From contig CM060732.1 in NCBI GenBank assembly GCA_030704615.1, positions 29,698,001 through 29,762,000 on the forward strand: DNA of 64,000 nt, in the 5' to 3' direction. Shown in pieces: positions 50,587 through 63,733 of this stretch. The translations under genes were made by a program, and so were the position numbers. The notes beneath the pieces are model-generated. The model saw nothing but the letters and a program-made list of their open reading frames with translations, made no database searches and was not told the origin of the DNA. Position 1 is the first letter of the stretch; the number at the start of each line of letters is the position of its first letter. This DNA is from Takakia lepidozioides (taxonomy: Eukaryota > Plantae > Bryophyta).

Positions 50587-51921
50587 ATGACAAACGAATT
50601 GGCTATTGCCATGGGAGAGATTCTTGTCTTTATACAGTTCATGCTCGATCAGGCTCCAGAGTTGTTTGGGATGAGACGCCCACAAGAGGCACGACCGACT
50701 CTGCTTCGTCATGATATTGACCTAGCCAAGGAGGACGATCCAAATATGTTACTCCTTGCATGTAGGAGTTTTTTGCAGCGCCAGTTCTGGACCATTAGGA
50801 ACTACAAGCCGAGAGGTGGTGTGTCTTCAGGGATGTGGGTCAAGCACAGATCGAGAGCTTGGTTTGAGGACTTTCTTTTGCAATATGATGACGAGAGATG
50901 GCTGCAGATTATGAAGATGAGTGCAGGCACATTCGATTGGTTGTGCAATGCCCTTGCACCGGTTATACAGATGCAGGATACTAGGTACCGGAGGAGCTTA
51001 CCTGTACCGATGAGAGTAGGGGCAGTGCTTTATAAACTACTGTGGGCAGCCACAACAATAGAAATTACCGAGGCTTTTGGAATTGGTCGTTCAACTCTGT
51101 ATGAGCTTTTGCGACAAGTGGTCCCTGCCATTATCTCTGTCCTGGGTCACCACCTGCAGTGGCAAGGAGGTGAGACTCTCAAGAAATTGATGCTTGAAAA
51201 CGAGAAGAGATCAGGGATTCCGAATGTTGTTGGTGCAATTGATTGTACACAGTTCAGAATCAAGGCCCCCAACAATGACATCAAATTTGATTACAGGAAC
51301 AAAAATGGTTACTATTCAATGGTTCTACAAGGGGTCGTGGATCCAGATGCAAAGTTTGTAGATATCTATGTTGGAGAGCCCGGCAGTATGAACGACTCTA
51401 GGGTGTTACGGAACTCCCCCCTTTTCTATCCTGCGTCACAAGGCACTCTTTTGCGTGGTGAGAATGTCATTCTTGACAATGGACACGAGATCCCACCACT
51501 CCTTATTGGTGATGCAGTCTACCCTGCCCTCCCCTGGCTCATCCCTAGTTACAAAAGAGCTCCCAATGCTCCAGTCCTCTCTAGAGCCAAAACCGTCTTC
51601 AATCACCAATTGTCAAAGGCAAGAATTTTCTCGGAGATTGCCTTTGGTCGAATGAAAGGCACCTTCAAAGAGGTGGGTTGGAGGAGCGAACTCGACATTG
51701 ATTTCTTGCCCCAGGTTATTCATGCCTGCTGCATCCTATATAATCTTTTGGTTGATTTCAAGGAAGTTGACTTCGAGGGCATCTACAATGAGATGGATGC
51801 CATGGCAGCCATCATGGAGCGTGATCGAGTTGCCCACAGTCAAGAACCAGTTGTCAATAGGGGCCATACAGTTGGTGCTGATTTGAGGGCGATATTGTGC
51901 AACCACGTCATCAACACATGA
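50587..51921 (+). CDS. PIF/Harbinger (HARBI1/ALP1-like) DDE transposase/nuclease, uninterrupted ORF
   Basis: FGIGRST helix-turn-helix, GAIDCTQF, GEPGSMNDSRV, IGDAVYP, FNHQLSKAR..EIAFGRMKG, ACCILYN. Confidence 0.88.
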   Translation: MTNELAIAMGEILVFIQFMLDQAPELFGMRRPQEARPTLLRHDIDLAKEDDPNMLLLACRSFLQRQFWTIRNYKPRGGVSSGMWVKHRSRAWFEDFLLQYDDERWLQIMKMSAGTFDWLCNALAPVIQMQDTRYRRSLPVPMRVGAVLYKLLWAATTIEITEAFGIGRSTLYELLRQVVPAIISVLGHHLQWQGGETLKKLMLENEKRSGIPNVVGAIDCTQFRIKAPNNDIKFDYRNKNGYYSMVLQGVVDPDAKFVDIYVGEPGSMNDSRVLRNSPLFYPASQGTLLRGENVILDNGHEIPPLLIGDAVYPALPWLIPSYKRAPNAPVLSRAKTVFNHQLSKARIFSEIAFGRMKGTFKEVGWRSELDIDFLPQVIHACCILYNLLVDFKEVDFEGIYNEMDAMAAIMERDRVAHSQEPVVNRGHTVGADLRAILCNHVINT

Positions 51922-52205
51922 CTGTGTGCTCTATGCAGGCTTACTTTTTGAATGTTGAAATGTTCGTTTCTGACGTTTGTGAACCATGTTTCAGACGGAA
52001 AATCTTCAGATCAAGCAATGCTCATAAGCTATGTTTAAAAGCTGGGGATGATGTTGGGCTGAGAGATTGTGGGGGTTGACTAGGAGGCTGCTGTTGATAA
52101 TGCCTCTGTGAAGGGCTTTCTAGTGGGGATCTAGGAAGGCTGAGGTAAGTTGAACTACTGGAGTGAGGCCCCACAAAGGTAGTGGTTGTTCCCTCTTCTT
52201 CCATC

Positions 52206-52265
52206 CAAACTGGGCACAGGGTTTATGGCCACAAGGCTACAGCACACAAGGTCTTATGAGTACAT
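52206..52265 (+). mobile_element. Diverged 3' tail of the RTE/RTEX-like LINE
   Basis: CAAACTGGGC..ATGGCCACAAGGCTAC..GTCTTATGAGTACA. Confidence 0.7.
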
Positions 52266-52901
52266 TCTCTCCTTTCTTTTCTAGCAGGCCTTAGAGTGGA
52301 TAGTGGAAGAAATGTTCCTCAGTCCCAATCCCCTGTTGTCTTCCCTGGCACAAGCTGGGTACAAGCAAACACTGCAGATTAACCCATCATCTACCAGTTT
52401 CCATCCTCAGGCTGGGATCCCAACCTGAACCTTTCCAATGCCCATAGAAGAGATGGAGAGAGTGGCGTAGACAAGCAATTGGGCTGTAAGAGATCTGCGC
52501 TGGATTTTTTATAAATTAATATCTTTATGTCATTTACTCTAAGATTAGAGTCTGCAGCATTCTCTTCTTTATTTTTCAAACTTTCCACTCTAGCTGCCTA
52601 GACCTGAGCAGGAATGCAGCTCTTCAACGACTCCTTTGTGAGGTTGGATGCACAATAATTAGTTGGAAGTGCACCCAAATCCAGTGGAAGCATGGAACTA
52701 GGTCCGTTGCTTGAAGTTTAAAATTGAGTGTCTAAAATTTGCAGATGAGGCTTTGGGTGGTTATCACTAAAGCTTCTTAATGCGTCTAGACTACTAATAG
52801 AGAATGACAATCTTTGTATGTAGTGTATGTGCATCCCAGTGTTCAACGCCCAGTGTCGTGGTGATCCCATTGCACTGAGCCATGTTATTATGATGAATCC
52901 A

Positions 52902-52930
52902 CACTACTACAGAAACCGGTTTTTCCAACA
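52902..52930 (+). mobile_element. Candidate CACTA terminal inverted repeat
   Basis: CACTACTACAGAAA; partner TIR not found; CACTA transposase remnant nearby. Confidence 0.4.
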
Positions 52931-53959
52931 CCACCCATAGTTCACACCTGGCACTTTGAATGGCTCTTCTTACACCCATGTGAGACGAGGCAAGGTGTGA
53001 TTTGGATCATTGTAGGAAAAGCCACATGGTGTTACAAATTTCACACTCGAATGACACCCATACGGTCAACAGATGTTGACCAAGATAATTCATATGGGGC
53101 ATTTGACATGAGTGTCAAATGAGTCATGGAGTGTGAGGTGAGTGTCAGATGTCCTACATGAATTTGGGGCAACTATATGGCGTGGCACATTGACCATCAA
53201 GGTGGATATGACTTGGCCCATTGACCATCCAGGTGGAAGATGGATGGATAAAATGACTTCCACCTCTATTCAACATGCCCTGGACGACATAACACATAGA
53301 CTTTTGTTTAGAGAATTTAAAAAGTTCAAAAGGTTATTAGGGTTATGGGGACCAACAATCCAAAAAGATGCACTGCTCATGCAGCTGACGACAATATCGT
53401 TATGAGAATGTCACACTATAATGAACAATGTAAAACAATTGCTTTGAGAAGCTATAGATAAAACTACCACATGTCGTCTCAGAGATTTGGGAGCCCGGCA
53501 ATGCCAATCCCATTTCTGTCCAGTCAACCGTGACCCTTCACAATGAGACAGTCTGAAGCTGAGCTGAGCACGGATTTCAATCTCTACTAGTCCAACCGTA
53601 CTAGAGAAATATCCAGTGATCCTCAGACAAGGATTTCTTCGCCACCTTACATAAATTGTTCCCAATGACTCAATCCCTGTCCACATTGTTGCTAGATTCG
53701 AGAAGCTTGGACAAAGTGCCTTGCTCTTTGTGACTGCCTCCTTTTTTGAGACAACAGGGTTTTTTTGCTACGGGTGTCCTTCACTCACAACCGTCTTTTT
53801 TACATTGCATCCGGGATATCAATGATCACCCCAGCCTGAATTTTGCCCCACCCTATCAAGCGCCAGTGCTTTTTAACTAGTGCTTTTCAATTCGTCTACT
53901 GAGGGCCCCACTTTCTCCCTTCGCTGGTACATGTCAAAATCACTCCAAGAGCCATAGTG

Positions 53960-54310
53960 TTGGAAAACTGCCTTCGCATCCTTGATGCTCCCACATTTGG
54001 CATACATGTCCATGAGGGCATTGTTCAGAATCACATCAGGTAGAATTCCAGCTTTGACAATGAAGCCATGGACCTCTTCCCTTTTTCCAGAGCTGCCAGG
54101 TTTGCCCTTGATGCTCCCACATTTGGCATACGAGGCATTTGGCATACCCTTGATGCTCCCCACATTTGGATCGCATCTGTTACAATTCCAACTTTGGTGA
54201 TGCATCCAAAGTTGCCAGACTTGCACACGCACTGCAAACGCACAATCTCATTCAGCCATAGTGTTGAACACGCATCCTCAGTGCTCCCACATTTGCTATA
54301 CATGTGTCCA
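53960..54310 (-). pseudogene. PLS-class PPR gene remnant
   Basis: MYSKCGSTEDA; EVHGFIVKAGILPDVILNNALMDMYAKCGSIKDAKAVF; frameshifted. Confidence 0.75.
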
Positions 54311-55179
54311 CCACCAGCTAACTTGCAGAATTCAACATGGAAATTTAGGGCCGATTCTAATAAGAGGGAAAAACAGGGTGAAATGTGTTGAAGAAGGTGC
54401 CCTCATTGCCTGATTTTACCAATTGTGTCGCTGCTGCTGCGGCTTCCAGTTGACCATCTACCCATGCAGGTTTCTTGTAGCTATTCTCCCATAAGGAATC
54501 ATAGGCAATGTTGTGCTTGAAATGTGGCCCTCACCGATGAATCTGGACCCACACTCTATCCCTGCTCCTTCAGCTATCCATGCCTCTGCACAAATCATGC
54601 ATACATCCTTGCCTTGCTGGTAGCAGCTGACAATAACAGCCTTCATTTGTTCTAGGAAACACCCAACTCAACTTCTCACACTAGTTCATATGCTCAATTG
54701 CATCTGCTACTCTTTGTAATCCAACAGACATTCACCTTTTTGCCACAATTGGGCCACCATTGATTAGGGTCAGAAAAGTATTCATGCCACAGCTTCATGA
54801 CTGTTTAGGGTTCACTGTCACAAATGAAAGTGTGTTTGTCAGAATTCTGCCCACCCCCAACAGCTCAGTCACTCCCACCCATGTAAGGTACCATGCTGTA
54901 TCAAGTATAAACCCTGGAAAAGTACATGCAATAGCAAAACCAACTCTACACCATAGCACAACTGGCTTGGTACCTCCCATGTGGAGCTTGCCTCCGCCTT
55001 CTACCATTTCGCCTCTGCCTTGCAGGTGCATTCAAGTTGGCAATGGCCAATTCATCTGCCTCACTCAAAGGAACACAAACAGCAAGCTCAGTCATGATGT
55101 TATGAGGAATTTCAGGAGGCACCATGCCTACATAAATGTCTCCCTCACCCAGTGCCACTTCTGTAATATCGTGAACCAC

Positions 55180-55866
55180 TCGTCGGGATCGAGGGTCCTT
55201 GTGAAGGACCACCTTCCAGTTCCCTCGTGAATTTTTTTTCATCCGAGAAAAAAACTTGCTCCACCTGACTAGGGAATGTCCAGGGCTGCTCCATCCCAGG
55301 CAACATGCGACTGAAGTCAACCAAGATAAAGCCATAATCATCTCGTTTCATGGTGGCATTCCGGCCCACCATGTGTGACCTCACCCATGTACACAAGAAC
55401 AGAATTGGGTGAAGAATTCCGTATCCAGTTGAATTATTTCTCTTACAACACCCACATATTCCAATTGGGATAACACTCGTCTGGACATACCTACTCTGTT
55501 TTCGCTTTCCTGATGGAATACTTGAGCAACTCCAGAATCAAATGTCACCCTCTCTCTGGCGCCAGTCCCATCACTTATTGCTCGAAAGTGATTGCCGTAA
55601 GCATACATGGACTTGAAGCCCAATGACTGTACTGCTGGTGCTATACATAAATGGCATATGTCCAAATCATAGGACTCACCTGAACTCACCTTGCGTTGGA
55701 CAGCACCTTCAATCCATTCATGGAATGGAGCCAGTAAGCGCATATCTGTTGGGTATGGAATTTCTCCATTGTGGTGGTCTTGGTCTTGTCCACAAAGGTA
55801 TGATGTTCTGAACTCAGTGCAGGATGCTTCTATGAGTGCCATCTCCTCTTCATAGGCCCTGTCCAA
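55180..55866 (-). pseudogene. CACTA/EnSpm transposase C-terminal (DUF4216-like) remnant
   Basis: YAYGNHFR..TFDSGV..YVGVVREII..CTW..RDDYGFILVDF..QPWTFPSQVEQVFF..WKVVL, with frameshifts. Confidence 0.78.
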
Positions 55867-55939
55867 ATGAGAATTGCAAATTAGGATTACAGCTTATACC
55901 ATTGGCAGAAATGAAACACACAGGATATGATAAGCAAGC

Positions 55940-56255
55940 ATAACTCCAATTTATGCAAGTGCTCATTCTTAGAGCTGTACACACTGAAATCATCCAAGAA
56001 CACCTGCATGAAATCATCCAGATACTCATGAAAAGATTCACTTATCACTCTCTGAAAGGTCGCTGGTGCATTACAAAGTCCAAAGGGCATGACTTTGTAT
56101 GCATAAGCCCCCCAGTCTGTGATGAAAGCTGTTTTCCCTTGGTCTTCTTCTGCCACTTGCACTTGATTATAACCACTGAACCCATCCATGAATGAGTACA
56201 TCTCATGGCCTGCCACAGTGTCTAATACTGCTTCTGTGAATGGCAAAGGGAAGGG
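55940..56255 (-). pseudogene. Ty3/Gypsy reverse transcriptase fragment (family distinct from X/Y)
   Basis: FPLPF...SFMDGFSGYNQV...KTAFITDWG..MPFGLCNAPATFQR...FLDDF. Confidence 0.85.
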
Positions 56256-56475
56256 GGGTGCTATTCCGTGAGCCCGGAGGCGTGAGCCTGTGAGCCCAGG
56301 AAACCGTGAGCCCAGCACAGGCTCACGCCACGTCAGCATGCATACAGGGCCTATTTCCGCGGGTGTCACCTATTACCGCGGGTTGAACAGCCATTTCCCG
56401 GGAATGCAGACTGGATGTATTACATCCATTGTATCCATCCTTTGTATCCATTGCATCCATCTAGATGTTATCAAA

Positions 56476-56650
56476 GACTTTCCTTCATATAAAGAATTAA
56501 TCCAGGTTTTCCAGATATCCTCTAGAAATCCCTTCACACAAGCATCAATCTGCTGTGTGTAATTTGCCCAAAAACTAGGCCTCAGGAGGGCCTGGGCTTT
56601 TGGCTCAGCCTCGAGACTGTCGGGAGCTTAAGGACGGAAAGCCAAACTCT
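56476..56650 (-). mobile_element. Internally deleted fragment of the RTE/RTEX-like LINE
   Basis: Matches ~40656-40786 directly and 44674-44704 as reverse complement, both in one orientation. Confidence 0.8.
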
Positions 56651-56654
56651 GCAT

Positions 56655-56830
56655 TGGAATGTGGGTACGTCGTGAGGAGGTGCACACTGACATCATCTAA
56701 AGCGGATCCCTGCGAAATCTTTTCTTACTCACCACCTTTGTGAACATGCCAAGTATGTGCGGGAGCATCATGGATGCTCACCAGATTTGAGAATGCCTGA
56801 ACGATCTTTGATCACGTGGACTTCACTTCG
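56655..56830 (+). pseudogene. Possible PPR remnant
   Basis: EEVHTDII and CGSIMDAHQI-like fragments. Confidence 0.4.
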
Positions 56831-57659
56831 ATGGATTCACCAAGCATTCTTCTAGCAGGAAGGTTTGGAGACAAACGAGCAAATGATGCGAGAATGCTGT
56901 ACACGAATCAAAGTCGATTGTTTGTTTTTGAAATGCACTCAAGCCTGTGAGGTCCACAAAACTCTAAATAGATTGAAGGAACAATCCGGGCAGTCCATGC
57001 AACCCCATCTCCAATAATAGTTTGTTCCCATGAAGTTGCATCCCACGCACACATTGCAAACAGGACAACAGGACACACAACCATCCCATTTCAATTTGGC
57101 CCCGAATAAAACCAAAAGAAAACTTCATATCAAGTGTCACAGTCATCAGAATCACTCTCGACCTCCTGTGCTATGTCATCCACAAAGATTCTGGCCCCAA
57201 CACCACGTCTTCTACCACGGCCGTCAATGGGCGGACAACGAGTGCCATGAATGGACATGCTTGTTGCGAGTGCCTCCGCATAGACAGGTTGCACGTAAGA
57301 CCGAGGAGGACTTGAAAGAAGTCCAAATAGGTGTGATAGCCCACCTACCTGCCCTTGTGCCCCCTTCCCCCTACCCCTTCCTTTCCTCACACCACCAACA
57401 ACATCTTTTCCCTTTGCCTTTCTACCTCTACCCAGGGTATCCTGAGCGGGAGGCTCCTTCTCTGCAAGAGTCCTCAAATTTATATCATGAATGTCGAGGT
57501 CGGCTGCTGCGGCGGTGGCTGCTATACGCTCATTCTCTCTCCTCAAGACACATCCTGAGCTGGGGTCTCAGAAGGAGGGCAATCCAAATACCATGGGAGT
57601 TTTGACAACTTGGGAGTTTTGAGCATGCATACTGGCCCTGTTAGGCCCAATTTCACATA

Positions 57660-59100
57660 GAAAACAAGCACGAAGGGGCTCAAAACAGTGTGTGTTGCCG
57701 CACACTGTTTGAGCTTCCAATAAGGATTGGATTCAACCTGCCAGAGTGGCCCCAGGGGACCGATTTTCAAATCAAAAGCAATCACATAAGGAAGCTCAAA
57801 CAGTGTGCGTTGCCGCACACTGTTTGAGCTTCCAATAAAGATTGGATTCAACCTGCCAAAGTGGCCCCAGGAGACCGATTTTCACATCAAAATCAATCAC
57901 ATAAGGAAGCTCAAACAGTGTGCGTTGCCGCACACTGTTTGAGCTTGCAATAAGGTGTGATTTTAATATGGCATAGTGGCCATAAGTGGCCAATTTGAAA
58001 TAAAATAAAAGGCAGTGAAGGGGGCTCAAACAGTGTGCGTCCGCGCACACTGTTTGAGCTTCCATTTTGGAGTCGAATGAACTTGCCAGACTAGCCGTAG
58101 GTGCACAATTTCCATATCCATAAACAAGCAAATCAGGGGGGCTCAAACCGTGTGCGTTGACGCACACCGTTTGGGTTGCCAGTAAGTGTGAATTGAAACT
58201 CACATAGATGACCTTTGTGGTCGATCTAAAATGCCAGCTGCCATGTAAGTGTGCATTGACGCTCAAAGAGATGCCCTATGTGGCCGATTTTCAGATAAAA
58301 AAACAATGACATGGTGGGCTGGAACAGTGTGCGTTGACGCACACTGTTTGAGCTGCCAGGTAAGTCTGCATTGAACCTCAAATACATGCCCTATGTGGCC
58401 AATTTTCACGTGAAAAAAACAATGACAAGTTGGCTGAAACAGTGTGCGTTGATGCACACTGTTTGAGCTGCCACGTAAGTGTGTATTGAAGCTCAAAGAG
58501 ATGCTCTATGTGGCCTATTTTCAGATAAAAAAAACAATGACATGGTGGCCTGGAACAGTGTGCATTGACGCACACTCTTTGAGCTGCTAGGTAAGTCTGC
58601 ATTGAACCTCAAATACATGCCCTATGTGGCCGATTTTCACATGAAAAAAACAATGACAAGTTGGGCTCACACAGTGTGCGTTGACGCACACTATTTGAGC
58701 TGCCACGTAAGTGTGCATTCAAGCTCAAAGAGATGCCATATGTGGCCGATTTTCAGATTAAAAAAATAATGACATGGTGGACTCGAACAGTGTGCGTTGA
58801 CACACACTGCAAGAGCTGCCACGTAAGTGTGGATTAAAGCTCAACGAGATGCCCTATGTGACCGATTTTTTAATAAATAAATTAAATTTAAAAAAAAAAA
58901 AAAAAAAAAACATGGTTGGCTGGAACATTGTGCGTTGACGCACACTATTTGAGCTGCCACGTAAGTGTGCATTGAAGTTCAAAGAGATGCCTTATGTGGC
59001 CGATTTTCAGATTAAAAAAATAATGACATGGTGTGCTCAAACAGTGTGCGTTGACGCACACTGCTGGAGCTGCCTTGAGATGCCCTATGTGGCCGATTTT

Positions 59101-59138
<38 letters not shown>

Positions 59139-60040
59139 ATGGATGCCTGCAACAGTGTGCGTTGACGCACACTGTTTGAGCTGCCACGTAAGTCTGCATT
59201 GAACCTCAAATACATGCCCTATGTGGCCAATTTTCACATGAAAAAAATAAAGACATGTTGGGGTCAAACAGTGTGCGTTGACGCACACTGTTTGAGCTGC
59301 CACGTAAGTGTGTATTGAGGCTAAAAGAGATGCCCTATGTGGCCGATTTTCATATAAAAAAAAACAATGACATGGTGGGGACGCACACTGTTTGAGCTGC
59401 CACGTAAGTGTGTATTGAGGCTAAAAGAGATGCCCTATGTGGCCGATTTTCATATAAAAAAAACAATGACATGGTGGGCTGGACAGTGTGCGTTGACGCA
59501 CACTGTTTGAGCTGCCAGGTAAGTCTGCATTGAACCTCAATACATGCCCTATGTGGCCATTTTCACATGAAAAAAAATGACAAGTTGGGTTCAAACAGTG
59601 TGCGTTGACGCACACTATTTGAGCTGCCACATAAGTGTGCATTGAAGCTCAAAGAGATACCATATGTGGTCGATTCTCAGATTAAAAAAATAATGACATG
59701 GTGGACTCGAACAGTGTGCGTTGACGCACACTGCTGGAGCTGCCACGTAAGTGTGCATTAAAGCTCAAAGAGATGCCATACGTGGCCGATTTTTATTTTT
59801 ATTTTAAAAAAAAAAAAAAAAAAAAAAACATGGTTGGTTGGAACAGTGTGCGACGACGCACACTATTTGAGCTGCCAGGTAAGTCTGCATTGAACCTCAA
59901 ATACATGCCCTATGTGGCCAATTTTCACATGAAAAAAACAATGACAAGTTGGGCTCAAACAGTGTGCGTTGACGCACACTATTTGAGCTGCCACGTAAGT
60001 GTGCATTGAAGCTCAAGAGATGCCTTCTGTGGCCGATTTT

Positions 60041-60076
<36 letters not shown>

Positions 60077-62326
60077 GTGGATGCCTGCAACAGTGTGCGT
60101 TGAGGCACACTGTTTGAGCTGCCACGTAAGTCTGCATTGAACCTCAAATACATGCCCTATGTGGCCAATTTTCACATGAAAAAAATAAAGACATGTTGGG
60201 GTCAAACAGTGTGCGTTGACGCACACTGTTTGAGCTGCCACGTAAGTGTGTATTGAGGCTAAAAGAGATGCCCTATGTGGCCGATTTTCATATAAAAAAA
60301 AAAAATGACATGGTGGGCTGGAACAGTGTGCGTTGACGCACACTGTTTGAGCTGCCAGGTAGTCTGCATTGAACCTCAAATACATGCCTTATGTGGCCAA
60401 TTTTCACATGAAAAAATAAAGACATGTTGGGTCAAACAGTGTGCGTTGACGCACACTGTTTGAGCTGCCACGTAAGTGTGTATTGAGGCTAAAAGAGATG
60501 CCCTATGTGACCGATTTTCATATAAAAAAAAACAATGACATGGTGGGCTCAAACATTGTGCGTTGACGCACACTGTTTGAGCTGCCAGGTAAGTCTGCAT
60601 TGAACCTCAAATACATGCCCTATGTGGCCAATTTTCACATGAAAAAACAATGACAAGTTGGGCTCACAGTGTGCGTTGACTCACACTATTTGAGCTGCCA
60701 CGTAAATGTCATTGAAGCTCAAAGAGATGCCTTATGTGGCCGATTTTCAGATTAAAAAATAATGACATGGTGTGCTCAACAGTGTGCGTTGACGCACACT
60801 GCTGGAGCTGCCTTGAGATGCCCTATGTGGCCGATTTTCAAAAAAAAAAAAAAAAAAAAAAAAAAAACCATGGATGCCTGCAATAGTGTGCGTTGAGGCC
60901 ACTGTTTGAGCTGGCCCGTCAGTCTGCATTGAACCTCAATACATGCCCTATGTGGCCAATTTTCACATGAAAAAATAAAGACATGTTGGGGTCAAACAGT
61001 GTGCGTTGACGCACACTGTTTGAGCTGCCACGTAAGTGTGTATTGAGGCTAAAGAGATGCCCTATGTGGCCGATTTTCATATAAAAAAAACAATGACATG
61101 GTGGGCTCAAACAGTGTGCGTAGACGCACACTGTTTGAGCTGCCAGGTAAGTCTGCATTGAACCTCAAACATGCCCTATGTGGCCAATTTTCACATGAAA
61201 AAACAATGACAAGTTGGGCTCAAACGGTGTGCGTTGACGCACACTATTTGAGCTGCCACGTAAGTGTGCATTGAAGCTCAAAGAGATGCCTTATGTGGCC
61301 GATTTTCAGATTAAAAAAATAATGACATGGTGTGCTCAAACAGTGTGCGTTGCCGCACACTGCTGGAGCTGCCTTGAGATGCCCTATGTGGCCGATTTTG
61401 AAAAAAAAAAAAAAAAAAAAAAAAAAAAACATGGATGCCTTCAATTGTGTGCGTTGAGGCACACTGTTTGAGCTGCCACGTCAGTCTGCATTGAACCTCA
61501 AATACATGCCCTATGTGGCCAATTTTCACATGAAAAATAAAGACATGTTGGGGTCAAACAGTGTGCGTTGACGCACACTGTTTGAGCTGCCACGTAAGTG
61601 TGTATTGAGGCTAAAAGAGATGCCCTATGTGGCCGATTTTCATATAAAAAAAAACATGACATTGTGGCTGGAACAGTGTGCTTGACGCACACTGTTTGAG
61701 CTGCCAGGTAAGTCTGCATTGAACCTCAAATACATGCCATATGTGGCCAATTTTCACATGAAAAAAACAATGACAATTGGGGTTCAAACAGTGTGCGTTG
61801 ACGCACACTATTTGAGCTGCCACGTAAGTGTGCATTGAAGCTCAAAAAGATGCCATATGTGACCGATTTTCAGATTAAAAAAATAATGACATGGTGGACC
61901 CACAGTGTGCGTTGACGCACACTGCTGGAGCTGCCACGTAAGTGTGCATTAAAGCTCAAAGAGATGCCCTATGTGGCCGATTTTTATTTTAAAAATAAAA
62001 TAATTAAATAATTAAAAAAAAAAAAATGATTGGTTGGAACAGTGTGCGATGACGCACACTATTTGAGCTGCCAGGTAAGTCTGCATTGAACCTCAAATAT
62101 GCCCTATGTGGCCAATTTTCACATGAAAAAACAATGACAAGTTGGGCTCAAACATTGTGCGTTGACGCACACTATTTGAGCTGCCACGTAAGTGTGCATT
62201 GAAGCTCAAAGAGATGCCTTATGTGGCCGATTTTCCGATTAAAAAATAATGACATGGTGTGCTCAAACAGTGTGCGTTGACGCACACTGCTGGAGCTGCC
62301 TTGAGATGCCCTATGTGGCCGATTTT

Positions 62327-62367
<41 letters not shown>

Positions 62368-63733
62368 GTGGGTGCCTTCAACAGTGTGCGTTGACGCACA
62401 CTGTTTGAGCTGCCACGTAAGTCTGCATTGAACCCTCAATACATGCCCTATGTGTCAATTTTCACATGAAAAAAATAAGACATGTTGGGGTCAAACAGTG
62501 TGCGTTGACGCACACTGTTTGAGCTGCCACGTAGTGTGTATTGAGGCTAAAAGAGATGCCCTATGTGGCCGATTTTCATATAAAAAAAACAATGACATGG
62601 TGGGCTGGAACAGTGTGCGTTGACGCACACTGTTTGAGCTGCTAGGTAAGTCTGCATTGAACCTCAATACATGCCCCATGTGGCCAATTTCACATGAAAA
62701 AAACAATGACAAGTTGGGTTCAAACAGTGTGCGTTGACGCACACTATTTGAGCTGCCACGTAAGTGTGCATTGAAGCTCAAGAGATGCCTTATGTGGCCG
62801 ATTTTCAGATTAAAAAAATAATGACATGGTGTGCTCAAACAGTGTGCGTTGACGCACACTGCTGGAGCTGCCTTGAGATGCCCTATGTGGCCGATTCTCA
62901 AAAAAAAAAAAAAAAAAACATGGATGCCTGCAGCAGTGTGCGTTGACGCACACTGTTTGAGCTGCCACGTCAGTCTGCATTGAACCTCAAATACATGCTC
63001 TATGTGGCCGATTTTCACATGAAAAAAATAAAGACATGTTGGGGTCAAACAGTGTGCGTTGACGCACACTGTTTGATCTGCACGTAAGTGTGTATTGAGG
63101 CTAAAAGAGATGCCATATGTGGCCGATTTTCATATAAAAAAAACAATGACAAGGTGGGCTGGAACAGTGTGCGTTGACGCACACTGTTTGAGCTGCCAGG
63201 TAGGTCTGCATTGAACCTCAAATACATGCGCTATGTGGCCAATTTTCACATGAAAAAAACAATGACAAGTTGGGCTCAAACAGTGTGCGTTGACGCACAC
63301 TATTTGAGCTGCCACGTAAGTGTGCATTGAAGCTCAAAGAGATGCCCTATGGGGCCGATTTTCAGATTAAAAATATAATGACATGGTGGGCTCAAACAGT
63401 GTGCATTGACGCATGCTGCTGGAGCTACCACGTAAGTGTTTATTGAAGCTCAAAGAGATGCCCTATGTGGCCGATTTTCACATGAAAAAAACAATGACAA
63501 GGTGGGCTCAAATAGTGTGCGTTGACGCACACTGCTGGAGCTGACAGGTAAGTGTGCATTGAACAACAAAGAGATGCCTATGAGGCCGATTTCCAAATGA
63601 AAAAAAGAATGACAAGGTGGGCTCAAACAGTGTGCGTTGACACACACTGCTAGAGCTGCCAGGTAAGTGTGCATTGAAGCTCAAAGAGATACCCTATAAG
63701 GCCGATTCCAAATGAAAAAAACAATGACAAGGT
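57660..63733. repeat. Satellite array, ~115-bp monomer with a 36-bp palindrome, roughly 50 copies
   Basis: Core GCTCAAACAGTGTGCGT-TG-ACGCACACTGTTTGAGC recurs every ~115 bp; monomers degenerate at 57660-58250, more homogeneous afterwards. Confidence 0.95.

Noticed and set aside
57543-63674. Many short ORFs (CVNAHC, poly-F/K)
   Set aside because: Translations of the satellite.
57660-63733. CRISPR-like array (palindromic ~36-bp repeats with spacers)
   Set aside because: Spacers are homologous to each other, there are no cas genes, and the context is eukaryotic; it is a satellite.
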